Below are positions 26,457 through 40,632 of a stretch of DNA of 64,000 nucleotides, one piece after another. The notes below the pieces were generated by a model, which saw only the letters and a program-made list of their open reading frames with translations, was not told the origin of the DNA and did not search any database. Made by a program: the position numbers and the translations under genes. Position 1 is the stretch's first letter, and every line of letters starts with the position of its first letter. The stretch spans positions 34,410,001 through 34,474,000 of the forward strand of contig OX597814.1 of the NCBI GenBank assembly GCA_951406725.2, in the 5' to 3' direction. The stretch comes from Octopus vulgaris. Its lineage: Eukaryota.

Positions 26457-27929
26457 GTTGACATAAATATTTGGCTGTTGACTATTACTTGTTTTATTTT
26501 ATCGACCCTGAAATGCGAAGCTGATCTCGGCGTGATTCGAAGCTGGTAACATTTTGTATGGCGCCCTACAGGTTCTGTCAGTCTAATTGTGTTATTCCTT
26601 TTAATCGTTTCTGTTCTTTGCGCCATCGTCCAACTACTCCTGTTGAATTCCATGGCAAAGCACTATGTGATTGTCATAGAATTTTCATAGGAGAGCACAA
26701 AAGTAGCCTTCAGTTGCCTTACTTTATGTCGGCTACAGGTAATTCTGAGTGACCGTAAGATTGAAAAGCAAAGCTAACTTCAGCAGAATTTGAACTCAGA
26801 GCACAAAGAGTGCGATTAAATACGGCAAGATATTTAAACAACCATCTAACACTGCTTCTAGTTCACTGACAATTTTGTTTGTAACACAGCATTACTATTT
26901 TTTATGTATAATAATGTTTCTTTACTACAATTGTTATTAAAGTCTAAATAATTACAAATGTAAAAGAGATTATAATTTCAATCGAAATCGCTCAGTCGAG
27001 TTTGAAGGAAGGAATATTAATTTTCATTTCTGACAAGAGAAAGACTAGGTTTGTCTGAGTGGCTTAAATGAGGACATATATAAACGACATAAACCTCATT
27101 ATTGAAGCAAAACTATATATATATAAAAAAAAATTAAAAAAACAGAAATCTTGGCGAGAACATCTTAGTAATCTTCTAGACTGTAATAGACTGATTTAAC
27201 AGCATCATTGGAAACTTTCTGGATATGATAAAAGTTTCTGAAAGATATATATTTGCAAGAGATTACATAGCTTTTATTTTGAGAATTCTGCACTTGATGT
27301 AACGCTCATATTTATTGAAGTGTTTTTACCTTAATGAGAAAAGTTGGAGAGCGAAAGCGCTTTTCTTTACCACTTTATTTTATTAAATAGAATGCAATAT
27401 AGCTTATCGATTTGTGAGGGTGGAAACCTAATTCATTTTTATATAACCACTGTCCATCAGTTGTGGTATTGAAATATGTTCTTAACCGAGTAAAAAATTG
27501 TTATTGTACAAATATAATGTAATGTAATAAATATAATATAATATATGATATATAACAAAATATCATATCAAATAATATGATAATGGAACTTGTGTTGCTT
27601 TCTATGAAGTGTGTTCTAGTTATTCGATCGACAGAAGTGCCAGATCCGTTGTATTTTTGTATAAGTTGTGAGTTTTCCATAGATAGTTGTGCAATTGATA
27701 TAAACCTGAGGCGAACTCGACGTGGAATTATAATTGCAGACGTGATCCATCGTATGATCTTCCACATGGTTTCCTTTTAAACAATTTCGATCACAATGTT
27801 TTTGTTTAGCCGAGGCTATGGTCAAAAGATAAATGCACAAAGTGCCCTACTGTGGAATCGTATCCAGGGCTTCATGATTGTAAAATGAACTTCTTAACCA
27901 AACATGAATGGTTATGCACCGAAACAATC

Positions 27930-28299
<370 letters not shown>

Positions 28300-29011
28300 A
28301 CATACACTCAACATACGGCAAATATAGTGCGTATGTGGCTTTTTTTTTAAGAGCGTGGTATTGAAAACATGATTTTGATTGAGTTTTAATATTTTATTAA
28401 GGTTTTTCACTATTTCTTTTTTTTATTTATTAGTCTTTTATTTTCTATCAAAAACAATGAATTACATTAAAACAATAAAGTCCGGTTTTATCTTCTTTAT
28501 TTAAATAATCGTAGTAGTTTTATCAGTGCAGTTCTTTAAAAATATTTTTTATTAGAACTCAGTTTTATCTCTTTTTCCTTCCTTCGCTATCACCAGATTA
28601 AAAATTTTTAATTGTTTAGGTCAGGTTTTTTTCAGAAACCAGGAAGGAAATTGTTTTGTTGAGGTGTCTGGTGTATTGTTGTAAATATACATTCCATAAC
28701 TAATCATCTTGTTTTCAGTTATATTCCACTAAAAAGATAATTGCATTATCGACTAGTACATTTCTATCTGCCGAGATGTTGTTTATCTCAGGTCAGGCCT
28801 TGTGGAACAGATCTTTATTCGAAGGCTTTCTATCTCTGAACACCCAGTCTTTTCAGATATAATTAATCTTAGACTGGTTGATTACTCTAGAAGATTCGGC
28901 AGCCATGTTGAGGTAAAGTTGCCTCGTTTTCTTCAGCTGAGATTTGTTTATGCTGTATGACGAGGAAATAGGCAATGATTCATTGTCTCCTCTCTCTCTT
29001 TTTCTCTCTCT

Positions 29012-29097
<86 letters not shown>

Positions 29098-29104
<7 letters not shown>

Positions 29105-29368
29105 ATCACGTGACCGACCAGACCATCAGATGTAGTTACACATCGCTGGTCACAATGCGTTCGCATTGTTTTAGCCTTCGAATGACGCCACCCCGCTGGC
29201 TAAGCGAGCAGGCCAACAGAAGAATGAGTGGTGAAAGAGTACAGCAGGGATCACCACCCCCTACCGGAGCCTCGTGGAGCTTCTACGTGTTTTCGCTCAA
29301 TAAACACTCACAACGAAACTGCGATCCTACGACTGCGAGTCCGCTGCCCTAATCACTGAGGCATTGCG

Positions 29369-29371
<3 letters not shown>
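29098..29371 (-). mobile_element. SINE family B, internally deleted, body variant 3, within (TA)n
   Basis: Family B head on the minus strand with a distinct tail ending GGTCACGTGATCACGTG. Confidence 0.8.
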
Positions 29372-29414
<43 letters not shown>

Positions 29415-29544
29415 CCTCGAATTCTATAATTTTTATATATTTTTTATATATTTTTCTATATTTTCTATATTTTTATATATTTTTCTATTTTTTTATATAT
29501 TTTTATATTTTTTATATTTTTTATATTTTATATTTTTTATATTT

Positions 29545-29606
<62 letters not shown>

Positions 29607-29619
29607 TTAACTCATCTAT

Positions 29620-29882
29620 GTTTATCGCCCGAAAATTGGCCGTTATTTCTAAAGGGCCAATCAAACAAGTCCATTTTTTTAAAGGTGTAGCATTTGCAAT
29701 AGTCTGGATAGAATCCACATATCGGTTCCATTCTACCAAAAACTGTCCGACGAACGGCAACTGGAAACTCAGAGTAACAGGTTTTGTTGAATGTTCTGCT
29801 GCTTTAAATAAAGCATATTACTCTACCACTGGTATTTGAGTACTCTTTTTTCCACCTTGTTTCACATTTATGTGTTTACTCC

Positions 29883-29885
<3 letters not shown>
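29620..29885 (+). mobile_element. Penelope-like pLTR fragment with hammerhead motif at 29743-29780
   Basis: CTGT-CCGACGA-ACGGCAACTG-GAAAC-TCAGA-GTA-ACAG, then AATAAA. (TA)n on both sides. Confidence 0.6.
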
Positions 29886-29951
<66 letters not shown>

Positions 29952-29952
<1 letters not shown>

Positions 29953-30187
29953 GGTGGACTGACAATTCGTCGACAGACTGTTGGCCGACAGACAACTTAC
30001 TGACAAGACAATTGTGAGGTATGATGTAGAGTCCTGTTGCCGGACATAGAGTGTCCCAGCAGCCAACCTCTTGACCCAGGGCAGCACAACCTCCCCCAGG
30101 CACTTGATGTAGGCCTCCGTGTTGAGTTTGAGGCCGTGTGGGAATTGTCTGTCAGTGAACTGTCAGTCGACGAATTGTCTTCACACG
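29952..30187. mobile_element. MITE with subterminal 15-bp repeats carrying a Tc1/mariner transposase fragment
   Basis: Inverted ends GACAATTCGTCGAC / GTCGACGAATTGTC. The interior minus strand encodes KLNTEAYIKCLGEVVLPWVKRLAAGTLYVRQQDSTSYLT, the Tc1/mariner QQD region. Flanked by AA..AA. Confidence 0.7.
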
Positions 30188-30200
30188 AATATAACATGAT

Positions 30201-30326
30201 ATAATGTTATATAAAACCAGAAGTCTCGTTAATGACAGCTACTCAGGGTTTCGTGGTCGAAACATCGGTCACGAAAACCTGGATAGCTGTAATTAACAAG
30301 GCTTGTAGTTTTTATTATAACATTAT
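30201..30326. repeat. Imperfect fold-back hairpin with ~60-bp arms
   Basis: The inner 33 bp of the arms match 27/33 around a 4-nt loop. The apex reads CGAAACATCGGTC, like a hammerhead 3' half. Confidence 0.75.
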
Positions 30327-31234
30327 CTTTACTCTCTTAACTGGTCGGGTGTTATTCTACTTGATGAAGACTTGCCACAGTTTAGTAGGAAGCGGCCATA
30401 GCTGCCTGTGTGCAAGGTCGAAGCTGAAGACTTCCAGTAGCATCCGCTACCATTCACCCTGTTTTCTATCCTTCTCGTTCATTGGAAATATGAATAAAGC
30501 GTGATGGTGTTGATACTGGTGTCTTGGTTTGTTGCACCACTTGTACGATGAATATTGTTTTAGCGGGCATGATTTTTGCAGAGTCAGTCCCACACTCTTG
30601 TATTTTAAACTTGTGTTAGTCAGGTGTAACAAGTGCCTCGATCCCAGTAATCAGGATGCAAGATTTGTTTGGAGTTACCGTCTCTTAGTTGAACTCCTTG
30701 AGAGTGGGAGAGCTTCGTGTGCCCTAGGTTTGTTGGGGTGTCTATGACTGCCCAACTTCGCGAAGCACTTACATAAAATACTCACACACATACATAGATA
30801 CGTACGTAGTACATACACCTGTGCATGTATCCATACGTACATTCATACACACGTACGTACGTATATACATACACGTGTGCATGTATACATACACGCATGC
30901 ACGTGTACATGTTTGGACATGTTTGGCATAAGAATGCCATTAGTTAATGGCACATCTTTACATTAACGTTTTCTAGGCTTCTTATATGATGTAACTCCGA
31001 CTTTGCACTTAAGTCTACCCTCCAATGATGTTTGAATTCACAGCGCGTAGGATATAGGAGTTTAGTGCGGAACCAATTATCAAGCTACAGACTCACAGGT
31101 AACATTCCGTGATGTTAGCAAACTATTAATGTTACTCACACACTGTCAGATAGATAGACACACCGGCCGACTTACGGAGACACACATAAACAAACACATA
31201 CACACATGCACATTCGCACATATTTCATTATAAT

Positions 31235-31806
31235 AGGCGCAGGAGTGGGTGTGTGGTAAGTAGCTTGCTTACCAACCACATGGTTCCGGGTTCAGTCCCA
31301 CTGCGTGGAACATTGGGCAAGTGTCTTGTAATATAGCCTCGGGCCGACCAAAGCCTTGTGAGTGGATTTGGTAGACGGAAAATGAAAGAAGCCTGTCGTA
31401 TACATGTATATATATATATATATAACGGGAAGCTTTATGAAAATAGACAAAAGACGAAGGCAGGTGGAAAACAAACGAACAATTGTATTAGTATGGCGCT
31501 CAGGAAATATAAATAAAACAAGTCTTTAACGTTTCGAGCCTACGCTCTTCAACAGAAAGATACACAGAGAGAAAAAAAAACACAGAAAGAAGGAGAGAAA
31601 AAAATGCGTGCAGTAGCTAACGAATCAACATGGCGATCTGATTTCGGCCAGAGGTCAAAGATCAAACATGAGACGCGAGAGCGAAATAAGGGGAGATAAT
31701 AGGGTTGATAATAGGGTTGATAATAGGGTTGAAGGACCAGCTAATAGTGCGTAGGAGGGGTCTGGACGTGTGTATGTATAGGGTTGGTGTATGTATTAGT
31801 ATGTAT

Positions 31807-31845
<39 letters not shown>

Positions 31846-32610
31846 TATTAGTGCGTAGGATTGGTCTGGACGTGCGTATGTATGTAGTAGTGGCGCGCGC
31901 ACACATTATTAGCCATTTGAAAAGACTATGAAAGTCTCGACCACGGTCGAACAATGATGATGATGATGATGGGGTTGGTGTATGTATTAGTATGTATTAG
32001 TATGTATTAGTACGTATTAGTATGGATAAGTGTGTGTGTGTGTGTGTATGAGAGAGTATAAGTGCGTATGAGGGGTCTGGACGTGTGTATGTATAGGGTT
32101 GGTGTATGTATTAGTATGTATTAGTATGTATTAGTACGTATTAGTATGTATTAGTTGGTGTATGTATTAGTATGGCACATCATATATGATGTGATGTGTA
32201 AAGTCGTGTGGTGTAGTGAGGAGAAGAGGGGGATGGGGAGAAGAGGGGGAGAGAAGGGGGAGGGGAAGAAGAGGGGGAGGAGAGGGGGAAGAGGAGAGGA
32301 TGGGGGAGAGAGAAGAAGGGGAGGAGGGGGAGGAAGGAGGAAAGAGGGAGAGGGGAGAGAGAAGGGGAGTGAGGGAGTGAGGGAGCAGTGGGTGTATATG
32401 TTTGTGTATCTGTGTTTGTCCCCCCAACATCGCTTGACAACCGATGCTGGTGTGTTTACGTCCCCATAACCGAGCGGTTCGGCAAAAGAGACCGATAGAA
32501 TAAGTATTAGACTTACAAAGAATAAGTCCTGAGTCGATTTGCTCGACTAAAGGCGGTGCTCCAGCATGGCCACAGTCAAATGACTGAAACAAGTAAAAGA
32601 ATAAGAGAGT
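31235..32610 (+). mobile_element. SINE family A split by a ~970-bp insertion in its internal (TA)n
   Basis: 5' half at 31235-31420 and 3' half at 32390-32610 are colinear with intact copies. Confidence 0.85.
31523..31560 (-). ncRNA. Minimal hammerhead-like motif in a Penelope-like pLTR fragment
   Basis: Minus strand reads TCTTT-CTGTTGA-AGAGCGTAGGCTC-GAAAC-GTT-AAAGA. Stems I and II pair; the core is an A6U variant. Confidence 0.6.
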
Positions 32611-32685
32611 ATATAAGCATAGTATATGGGAAAATCTTCAACATCAAGTATATCGATATCTATCTATCCATCCATTCATCCATCG

Positions 32686-32757
<72 letters not shown>

Positions 32758-33209
32758 GCTAGCTAGCTAAACACACGTATCTATATAACTGAGGGTGTTA
32801 GAACACCGACACTGCTAGAAGTAAGAGCCGAAGGGCGCTGTTGCTGCTGTCAACGCACATAAAATTGTATACATATTTGCTGCCAGACCTCCAGATCTTA
32901 TTTCTAGCAGTCATAATTAATGATATTTATTGTTTCCCTTTTTGATGAAACTGCTAACTAGCTGCCTCATTTAATTATCTCTCTCTCTCTTTATATATAT
33001 ATATATATATATATGTTTGCCATAAGAATGCCATTAGTTAATGGCACGTCTTTACATTAACATTTTCTAGGCTTCTTATATGATATATATGATATATATA
33101 TTTAAAACATAACACGCGGATGAAGGATAACAGGCTTTAATAGTATATCATATGTTTCTACACCACGCCCCCCAGCTTTAAGTTTCTGAGTTATAAGAAT
33201 TATACAATT

Positions 33210-33248
<39 letters not shown>

Positions 33249-33294
33249 ATGTGTGTGTGTGTGTGTGCGTGTGTGTGCGTGTGTGTGTGTGTGT

Positions 33295-33590
33295 GTGGAG
33301 GCACATGGCCTAGTGGTTAGCGTAGCCGACACGCGGTCGAAGGATCGCGGGTTCGAATCTCAGACCGGGCGATGTATGTGTTTATGAGCGAAACACCAAA
33401 GCTCCACGCGGCTCCGGCATGAGGTAATGGCGAAGCTCTGTTGACTCTTTCACTACAACATTCTCTCACTCTTTGCTCCTCCTGCATCTAGCAGCTCACC
33501 TGCGACGGACCGGTGTCCTGTCCAGGTGGGGAACCTATGCGCCAATGAAACTGGGAAACCGGCCCAAAGCTCGAGAAAGAACAATGACAA
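33295..33590 (+). mobile_element. tRNA-headed SINE related to family B, V-domain-like body
   Basis: A box TGGCCTAGTGG, B box GTTCGAATC, body CCTGCGACGGACCGGTGTCCTGTCCAGG. Confidence 0.8.
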
Positions 33591-33621
33591 TGTATGTATG
33601 TATGTATGTATGTATGTATGT

Positions 33622-33960
33622 GTGAAGACACGTGGCTCAGTGGTTAGAGCATCGAGCTTACGATCGTGAGGTTGTGAGTTCGAATCCCGGACCGGGCTGC
33701 TTGTTGTGTTCTTGAGCAAGACACTTTATTTCACGTTGCTCCAGTTCACTCAGCTGGAGAAATGAGTTGCGCCGTCACAGGTGCCAAGCTGTATCAGCCT
33801 TTGCCTTTCCCTTGGGTAACACTGGTGGCGTGGAGAGGGGAGGCCGGTATGATGCATGGGTGACTGCTGGTCTTCCATAAACAACTTTGCCTGGACTTGT
33901 GCCCGGGAGAGTAACTTCCTAGGTGCAATCCCATGGTCAGTCATGACCGAAAGGGGTCTC
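33622..33960 (+). mobile_element. tRNA-derived SINE, family D
   Basis: TGGCTCAGTGGTTAGAGCATCGAGCTTACGATCGTGAGGTTGTGAGTTCGAATCCC head followed by a non-tRNA body, inside (TATG)n. Confidence 0.85.
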
Positions 33961-34620
33961 CAATGTATGCATGCGTGTATATGTAAGCCAGAAAACAGAC
34001 AACAAATTAATTGAACAGTATGCATAAAATAACATTAATATATCAGAGTAAATGGTCCAACAGAAGCTACATTATGCAACAAAGCTGAAATTGTGCTTTA
34101 GATAAAGAATCAATGTTCAGTTTTTAAAATTCACTTCTCTAAAATGTGTTTCTGAATGGTACATTAACTATTTTATCGTATTTTATCTTCAAATTAATTA
34201 AATTGTTCAGTGGTCAAGAAAATTTCAATTCTATTGAGCTTCGCTTTGAACGACATGTTTCCCTCTCATCCCCAACTACCTTTTGCTACGTATCCCATCC
34301 TAATTCACTCCCACTTTCCCTTTCCCCCTCACTGTGCACTCATGCACAGTCACATACGCATGCACACACTCACATATATGCACGAACATTTATTTTATTG
34401 GTTTTGGTCATTGAACGGCAATGGAAAGCCTTTAAGTAATTTTAGTTGATCACATCGAGCCCAGCACATATTTCAATTTCAGACTGATAATATTTTTATC
34501 GAGTATCTGAATGTAACACCGGTTTCCTAATACAAAGTGTAGTGTTAGAATTATAACCGAATACAGGGATACAATCACACTTATAAATACATTTATGTAT
34601 GTATATATGTGTGTACCTGC

Positions 34621-34721
<101 letters not shown>

Positions 34722-34802
34722 ACACGGGGTTCTGAGTAGTTCCCGTATAACATATTTCACACACAGGATATTAGTTAATCAGAAATTATAGTAGAAACAC
34801 AC

Positions 34803-34838
<36 letters not shown>

Positions 34839-35689
34839 ACACGCACATACAAACACACACACACACACACATACACACACACATACACACACAGATACAC
34901 ACACACACACACACACAAAACGCGGGTATATACATCACATATAAGACAAATTACACCCGCAAACGCATACATAAAATGTGCATTAATATTAGAGCAGATT
35001 CTTGGCATTTCCTCCGTTTTTACATTCTGAGTTCAAATTCCGCCGAGGTTGACTTGGCCTTTCATCATTTTGAAGTACCAGTTAAACATTGGGGTCGATG
35101 TAATTAACTTGCTCTTCTCCCCCAAATTATTGGCCTTGTTGCTAAAATTTGAAACCAGCATTCGAGTAGATTTAAAGACATTTTAGGGGTAACAACTGAA
35201 CATTTAGTAATTGAGCCTCAGTACTGAAAATAGAATGAAATTAGTACTGTCTGGTTGAGTAAGCAGCTAGGTGAACTTGAAGTTCCGCTCAGAATCAATT
35301 CCACGCATATATGTTATTTTTCTCTTTTTAATTTAGAGATAATTACGACCGGCCACTTGCTTGATAACAAGATTGTAGAGGAGAGCATATTGTTTTACTC
35401 ATCGTCTTTTCTATCTTAAGAAAGTCTTGCAAATGTTCATCATCCCTGATATCGTGACCGTTTGTAGCGCACGAATTAAGGAGTTGCATAATCAATGTCA
35501 CCAATGTCTTAGTACCCGCAAATGTAATGAGCTCTCCCTTTTTTTTACTCAGTTAAAAATGCAAGAAATGGTTTTAAAAGATGTGAAGCCGAAAGGTGTA
35601 CAACTGAAGTTCGTTGTCAGTGCAGTTGGCCTCCAAAATTTAATTTTCAAAACAGCTGAGTCATTCGATCTGTAGAAAGGTGAAATGTA

Positions 35690-36020
35690 AATGGATCTTC
35701 GTCGGTTTCGATGATGAATATTTACTGAACTACTTGTGCACTGAATTAGTGTGTGCATTCGTCCCTGTGTGCGTAAGTGGCACTCTTAACGAAGTCCTCA
35801 GTCGGAATCAGAGTTGCACGACAAAACCGGACCTTTGAATTACAGATGCAACACGCCCTTCGGGTTTCTGACTAGTTTCCGTTTACTTACTTCCACTACC
35901 AAGGCCTGGGCCGGCACGAGGCAACAGTGACAGATATTATCCAAGGTGCTACACAGTAGGACTGAACGCGAAATCTTGTAGTTGCGAAGTAAACTTCTAA
36001 ACCATTCGGCCACGTTGCGT
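35690..36020 (-). mobile_element. Old chimeric SINE (family A-like head, family B-like tail)
   Basis: Minus strand has an A-type head (..GTTCAGTCCTACTGTGTAGCACCTTGG) and a tail resembling TCAAAGGGCCGG..CATCGAAACCGACG. Confidence 0.5.
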
Positions 36021-37866
36021 CTTTGATATTCCATACCACAGAATAAAAACAATTCACCATTCATCGCAAGCAGCTGCAGTTCTGTAAATTGATTGCTGTA
36101 CCGTGTTCAGTTGTTCTGTAAGATTTGAACAAAGGAAGGGAATTAACTCTAATCTATACACTACCACGAAATGCTGCATGGAAGCCGAACTTCTTCAATG
36201 ATATTCCAAAGACACAACAACAACTTTACAGGACTAGTCCTGATACAACCAGCCATATATTATGTACCAGGGGACGGCAAAGTCCTTTAAATATGCTTTA
36301 CAGAAATCAAATGAGGATACATTCGCGATATATACTCCAAAGCAGCTCCATATGCACACGTTATTTTATGCTTTAATAGAAAATTGGATCCCCTGCATGC
36401 ATCAAATTTGAAATCGCTATTGATGAAATCTCTGAAGACCCATAAAAAAACTCCATTTTAAACCATCAGATCAGTAATTCAATGTTATACATCTATGAAT
36501 TTGTAAAATTAAAGATTTAGTATTTAGCACAGATGCATTTTTATAGGTTTTTATATTTGCTACAATGTACGCCTAGTTAAGTTCACTACCCCATGCCTTT
36601 ATAGATAAAGCACAAAATAGCAAATTATATGTTTCCGCTTTGTGTTCTTGTGTATCAGAGTATTTATCGTTTTATAAAACTAGTGATTTAATAGACTAAA
36701 TCTTCACCATAATATAGAAACAGTTTCATTATGGTGAAAGTGACTGTCAAGTGAGTTCGTTTAATTCATCCCGCCAAAAATGTAAAACGAGAAAAGAATA
36801 CTGAAATATAAAAGTAAAACATTGTCTCCAATAATGTAATGTAATGTCTGGAACATGACTTTCCAAGACAGCCCTCTGGTTAATGGCTTTCTTGGAACAG
36901 GCAAATTAAATAATTCGCACGCGTAGTTAGACTAATATAACTTCAACTCACTCTAGGCAATTTTATTTTCAGATTTTTCCATTTTATTTCCTTCATTCAT
37001 TCTCTCTATTTATCTTTATACATTTTACTTTCGTACATTTCCGTTTCATCATACACCCCGCTTCGTTTCTTTCCAATATTATTTCTCTCCGCTATAAAGA
37101 ATTGATTTATTATAAACATAGATCTTGACAAGTACATCGAAGAAGTTTTAATGTCTCGGTGAGCTGAGTTCTAGCCTTTACATTCCCCATTTCCCTTGTT
37201 ACTTGCACAGCATACATTTCCCTTGTTGCTTGAATGGCATACATTATCTGCAAGAAACGCATCGACTATTTCTGTTTTCACCCTTAATTCATGGGTTTCT
37301 TTAAGACAAAACAAATATATTTCAACATACGTAATAATTCTCGTAAAAGTTCTCGTATTAATATTAACTCTGCAACTCTATTGAGGTATCGCTTTCGTTG
37401 AGGTATGTCTTAAAGACATACGCGCAAACTTGCTAATATTTAAAAGTTATAGTTACTAATTAAGAGTCAATATTTTAACCAAAGCTAAAATTCTATTGCA
37501 GAATTACAGTTATCGACTTCAAAACGGCTCAGCTACCAGCGACTCAATTGAAATATGTGCCTAGTTAGAAATGTCAGTCAGTGTAATAGCAGGACTCAGG
37601 ACTGAAAAGTACCCAATGATATGATGAAGCTGCATACTTTAATTGTTAAAGAAGATAGGCTTATATTTACCAAGGTCTCTTTTTCTTTGAATGAAAAAAA
37701 TTGGACAGAAAAGAAAGCACGAAGTCATGATCTGTAAAGAGTTGCTTCAGACACTTGGTATATATTGTTTTCTGAAGTTATGTGGATGTTTGCTTGCGTA
37801 TATGAAGAAACATACATACATGTATACATACACATGTATATATATTTATGTATATAAACAGACATA

Positions 37867-37900
<34 letters not shown>

Positions 37901-37905
37901 CATAC

Positions 37906-37948
<43 letters not shown>

Positions 37949-38018
37949 CGTACATATAAACATACATGTGAGCATGCATACATACGCGCATACACACGAA
38001 TATTACCATAGGGTTGAA

Positions 38019-38195
<177 letters not shown>

Positions 38196-38971
38196 ACATC
38201 TACATATGTATAGATATTTATGTATATAAACAGACATATATACAGGTGAATATACATACATACGTGAACACGCATACACACGTAAGCCGTGCTACCTTAG
38301 GGCTGAATATTTATCCGTCTGTAAGGCTGCTTGCTTGCCTGTCTGTCTGTCTGCCTGTCGATCTATCTACATATACACATCTACGTGTATATCTATGTAT
38401 GCATTGTGATTCTATCAAATGCATCGAATAATAGATAGCAACATAGGTGCCTCATATTAATACAAGTGTATCTACAAAGCATCATTCTGTTAGAACTTAT
38501 CTTTGCCCTTGTTCTAAATATTTTGTTTACGTGACTTAGACGCGTAAGAATGGTATCCAATGATCTTTTTCAAAGCAATGATCAAAGAAGTTAATCTGCA
38601 AACCAGAATCGAATTAAATCTAAAACCAAACTGAAAAGCATGATCCTTGCGGATGGCTTGCACATAATTTCCATTTACTGTCTTCTGGATTTCGTTTACA
38701 AGGTTTCAGAAGATCCATAGAGAAGTTGAAAAACTACTGACCAAGTTACTGCGCAGCGAATTTGAGCCCTACAGCTCAGAGTAACGAAGAAAGCTTCGTA
38801 GCTACAAAATCATATCCGCCCTCTGTTAACAAAATCCAAGCACAATGTTGTATATAAGTGAAACATTCATTAATGCTATATTGCATTAGTGTGTTTAAGT
38901 GAAATGAAATATATGAGAATAAAGTACTTTGGAAACGAACATTAGGTGATGTCACTATCAGTGATACAAGT

Positions 38972-38977
38972 CCATCC

Positions 38978-39066
<89 letters not shown>

Positions 39067-39099
39067 CCTACCTACCTACCTACCTACCTACCTACCTAC

Positions 39100-39172
<73 letters not shown>

Positions 39173-39201
39173 CATCCATCCATCCATCCATCCATCCATC
39201 C

Positions 39202-39286
<85 letters not shown>
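38972..39286. repeat. (TCTA)n/(CCTA)n/(TCCA)n compound microsatellite
   Basis: Seen directly. Confidence 0.95.
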
Positions 39287-39515
39287 ATCTATTTTCACAT
39301 GCATATTTCTCGTTCTGTCTGCCAGACTGTCTGTCTGATAGTCTGTCTATCTGTTTGACTTTCTCTCTTTCTACTTGTCTGTTAATTGGTTTCTCTGTGT
39401 CTTTTTGTCTATATATATGTCTGCCTAACTGTATCTTTCGCAATCTCTTTCACTTTCATTTGATATGTGTGTGTATGTAAATATGTGGGTGGGGTGGGGT
39501 GTATAATATAATATG

Positions 39516-39600
<85 letters not shown>

Positions 39601-39624
39601 TAGTGTATATACACATGCATATAT

Positions 39625-40060
39625 GGGTACAGGACGTCAAAATGCGAAAACATGGAAAACGAACTATTTTTGCGAACAATGGAAGAAACAAAAAGAAAAA
39701 CAAGACAGGTAACCTGTAGAACAATCCCTTCATCAGTTGTCAGCTGATTTATCTACTCTCTATTTCGTACATTAGGACAAGATGTGTCTTCGTCAAAACA
39801 GTTGCTCCCACAAAGCAAATTAAATAAAATTTGGGATTTGCGGAGTGTTAAATTTGGTAACAATAACAGGAGAGTGAAAACAAACGGTAAGGGTTGTTAA
39901 GCCATAACGAGGGGAAGTGGTGAACGCTGGAAAAACAAGCTTTGACAGGAGACAGACAAAATGCGTGCTATCCCTGCAGCTGAACGAGAAGAAAGAAAGA
40001 AATTCAAGTCAGGAAACGAAAGATGGCCGCTGGTCACGAGTGAGCAACGACAGAGTAAAG
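39625..40060 (-). mobile_element. Probable Penelope-like pLTR fragment with decayed hammerhead motifs
   Basis: Minus strand has TTGACGAAGAC..CGAAATAGAGAGTAG and CTGATGAAGGG; adjacent to (TA)n. Confidence 0.4.
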
Positions 40061-40293
40061 GAGGAACAGTGAGGGAGAGAGAGGGACAGATAGAGAACGG
40101 TGAAGGGGGATGAAAAGAATTAGAGAAAGGATAAGAGAGAAAAAGGGAGATACAAAGAATATAGAAAGAGGAAGAGAGAGAGAGAGAGAGAGAGAGAAAT
40201 AGAGATAGTGGTAGAAATAGTGTCGCATCAGAATTATTAAGATAAAACTTACTTGTTAATGAATGCGTGGCATTCAATGATATAATATAAATA

Positions 40294-40412
<119 letters not shown>

Positions 40413-40567
40413 GATGCATATATACATACATGTACATATATATATACATGCATATCTGGGTACATATATATGAAAGTATGTACATGAATATATGTATATA
40501 TGCATATATATTATTTATATTATTATATGATTGAACGCCACGCATCCATTTCCAAGTAAGTTTTATC

Positions 40568-40632
<65 letters not shown>

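Noticed and set aside
31695-31732. Telomere-like TAGGGT repeats
   Set aside because: It is a 12-bp unit (GATAATAGGGTT)x3, not TTAGGG arrays.
33622-33697. tRNA gene candidates (also 8046, 12925, 20939, 33295, 59179)
   Set aside because: A/B boxes are present, but the acceptor stems do not pair and they continue into repeated SINE bodies.
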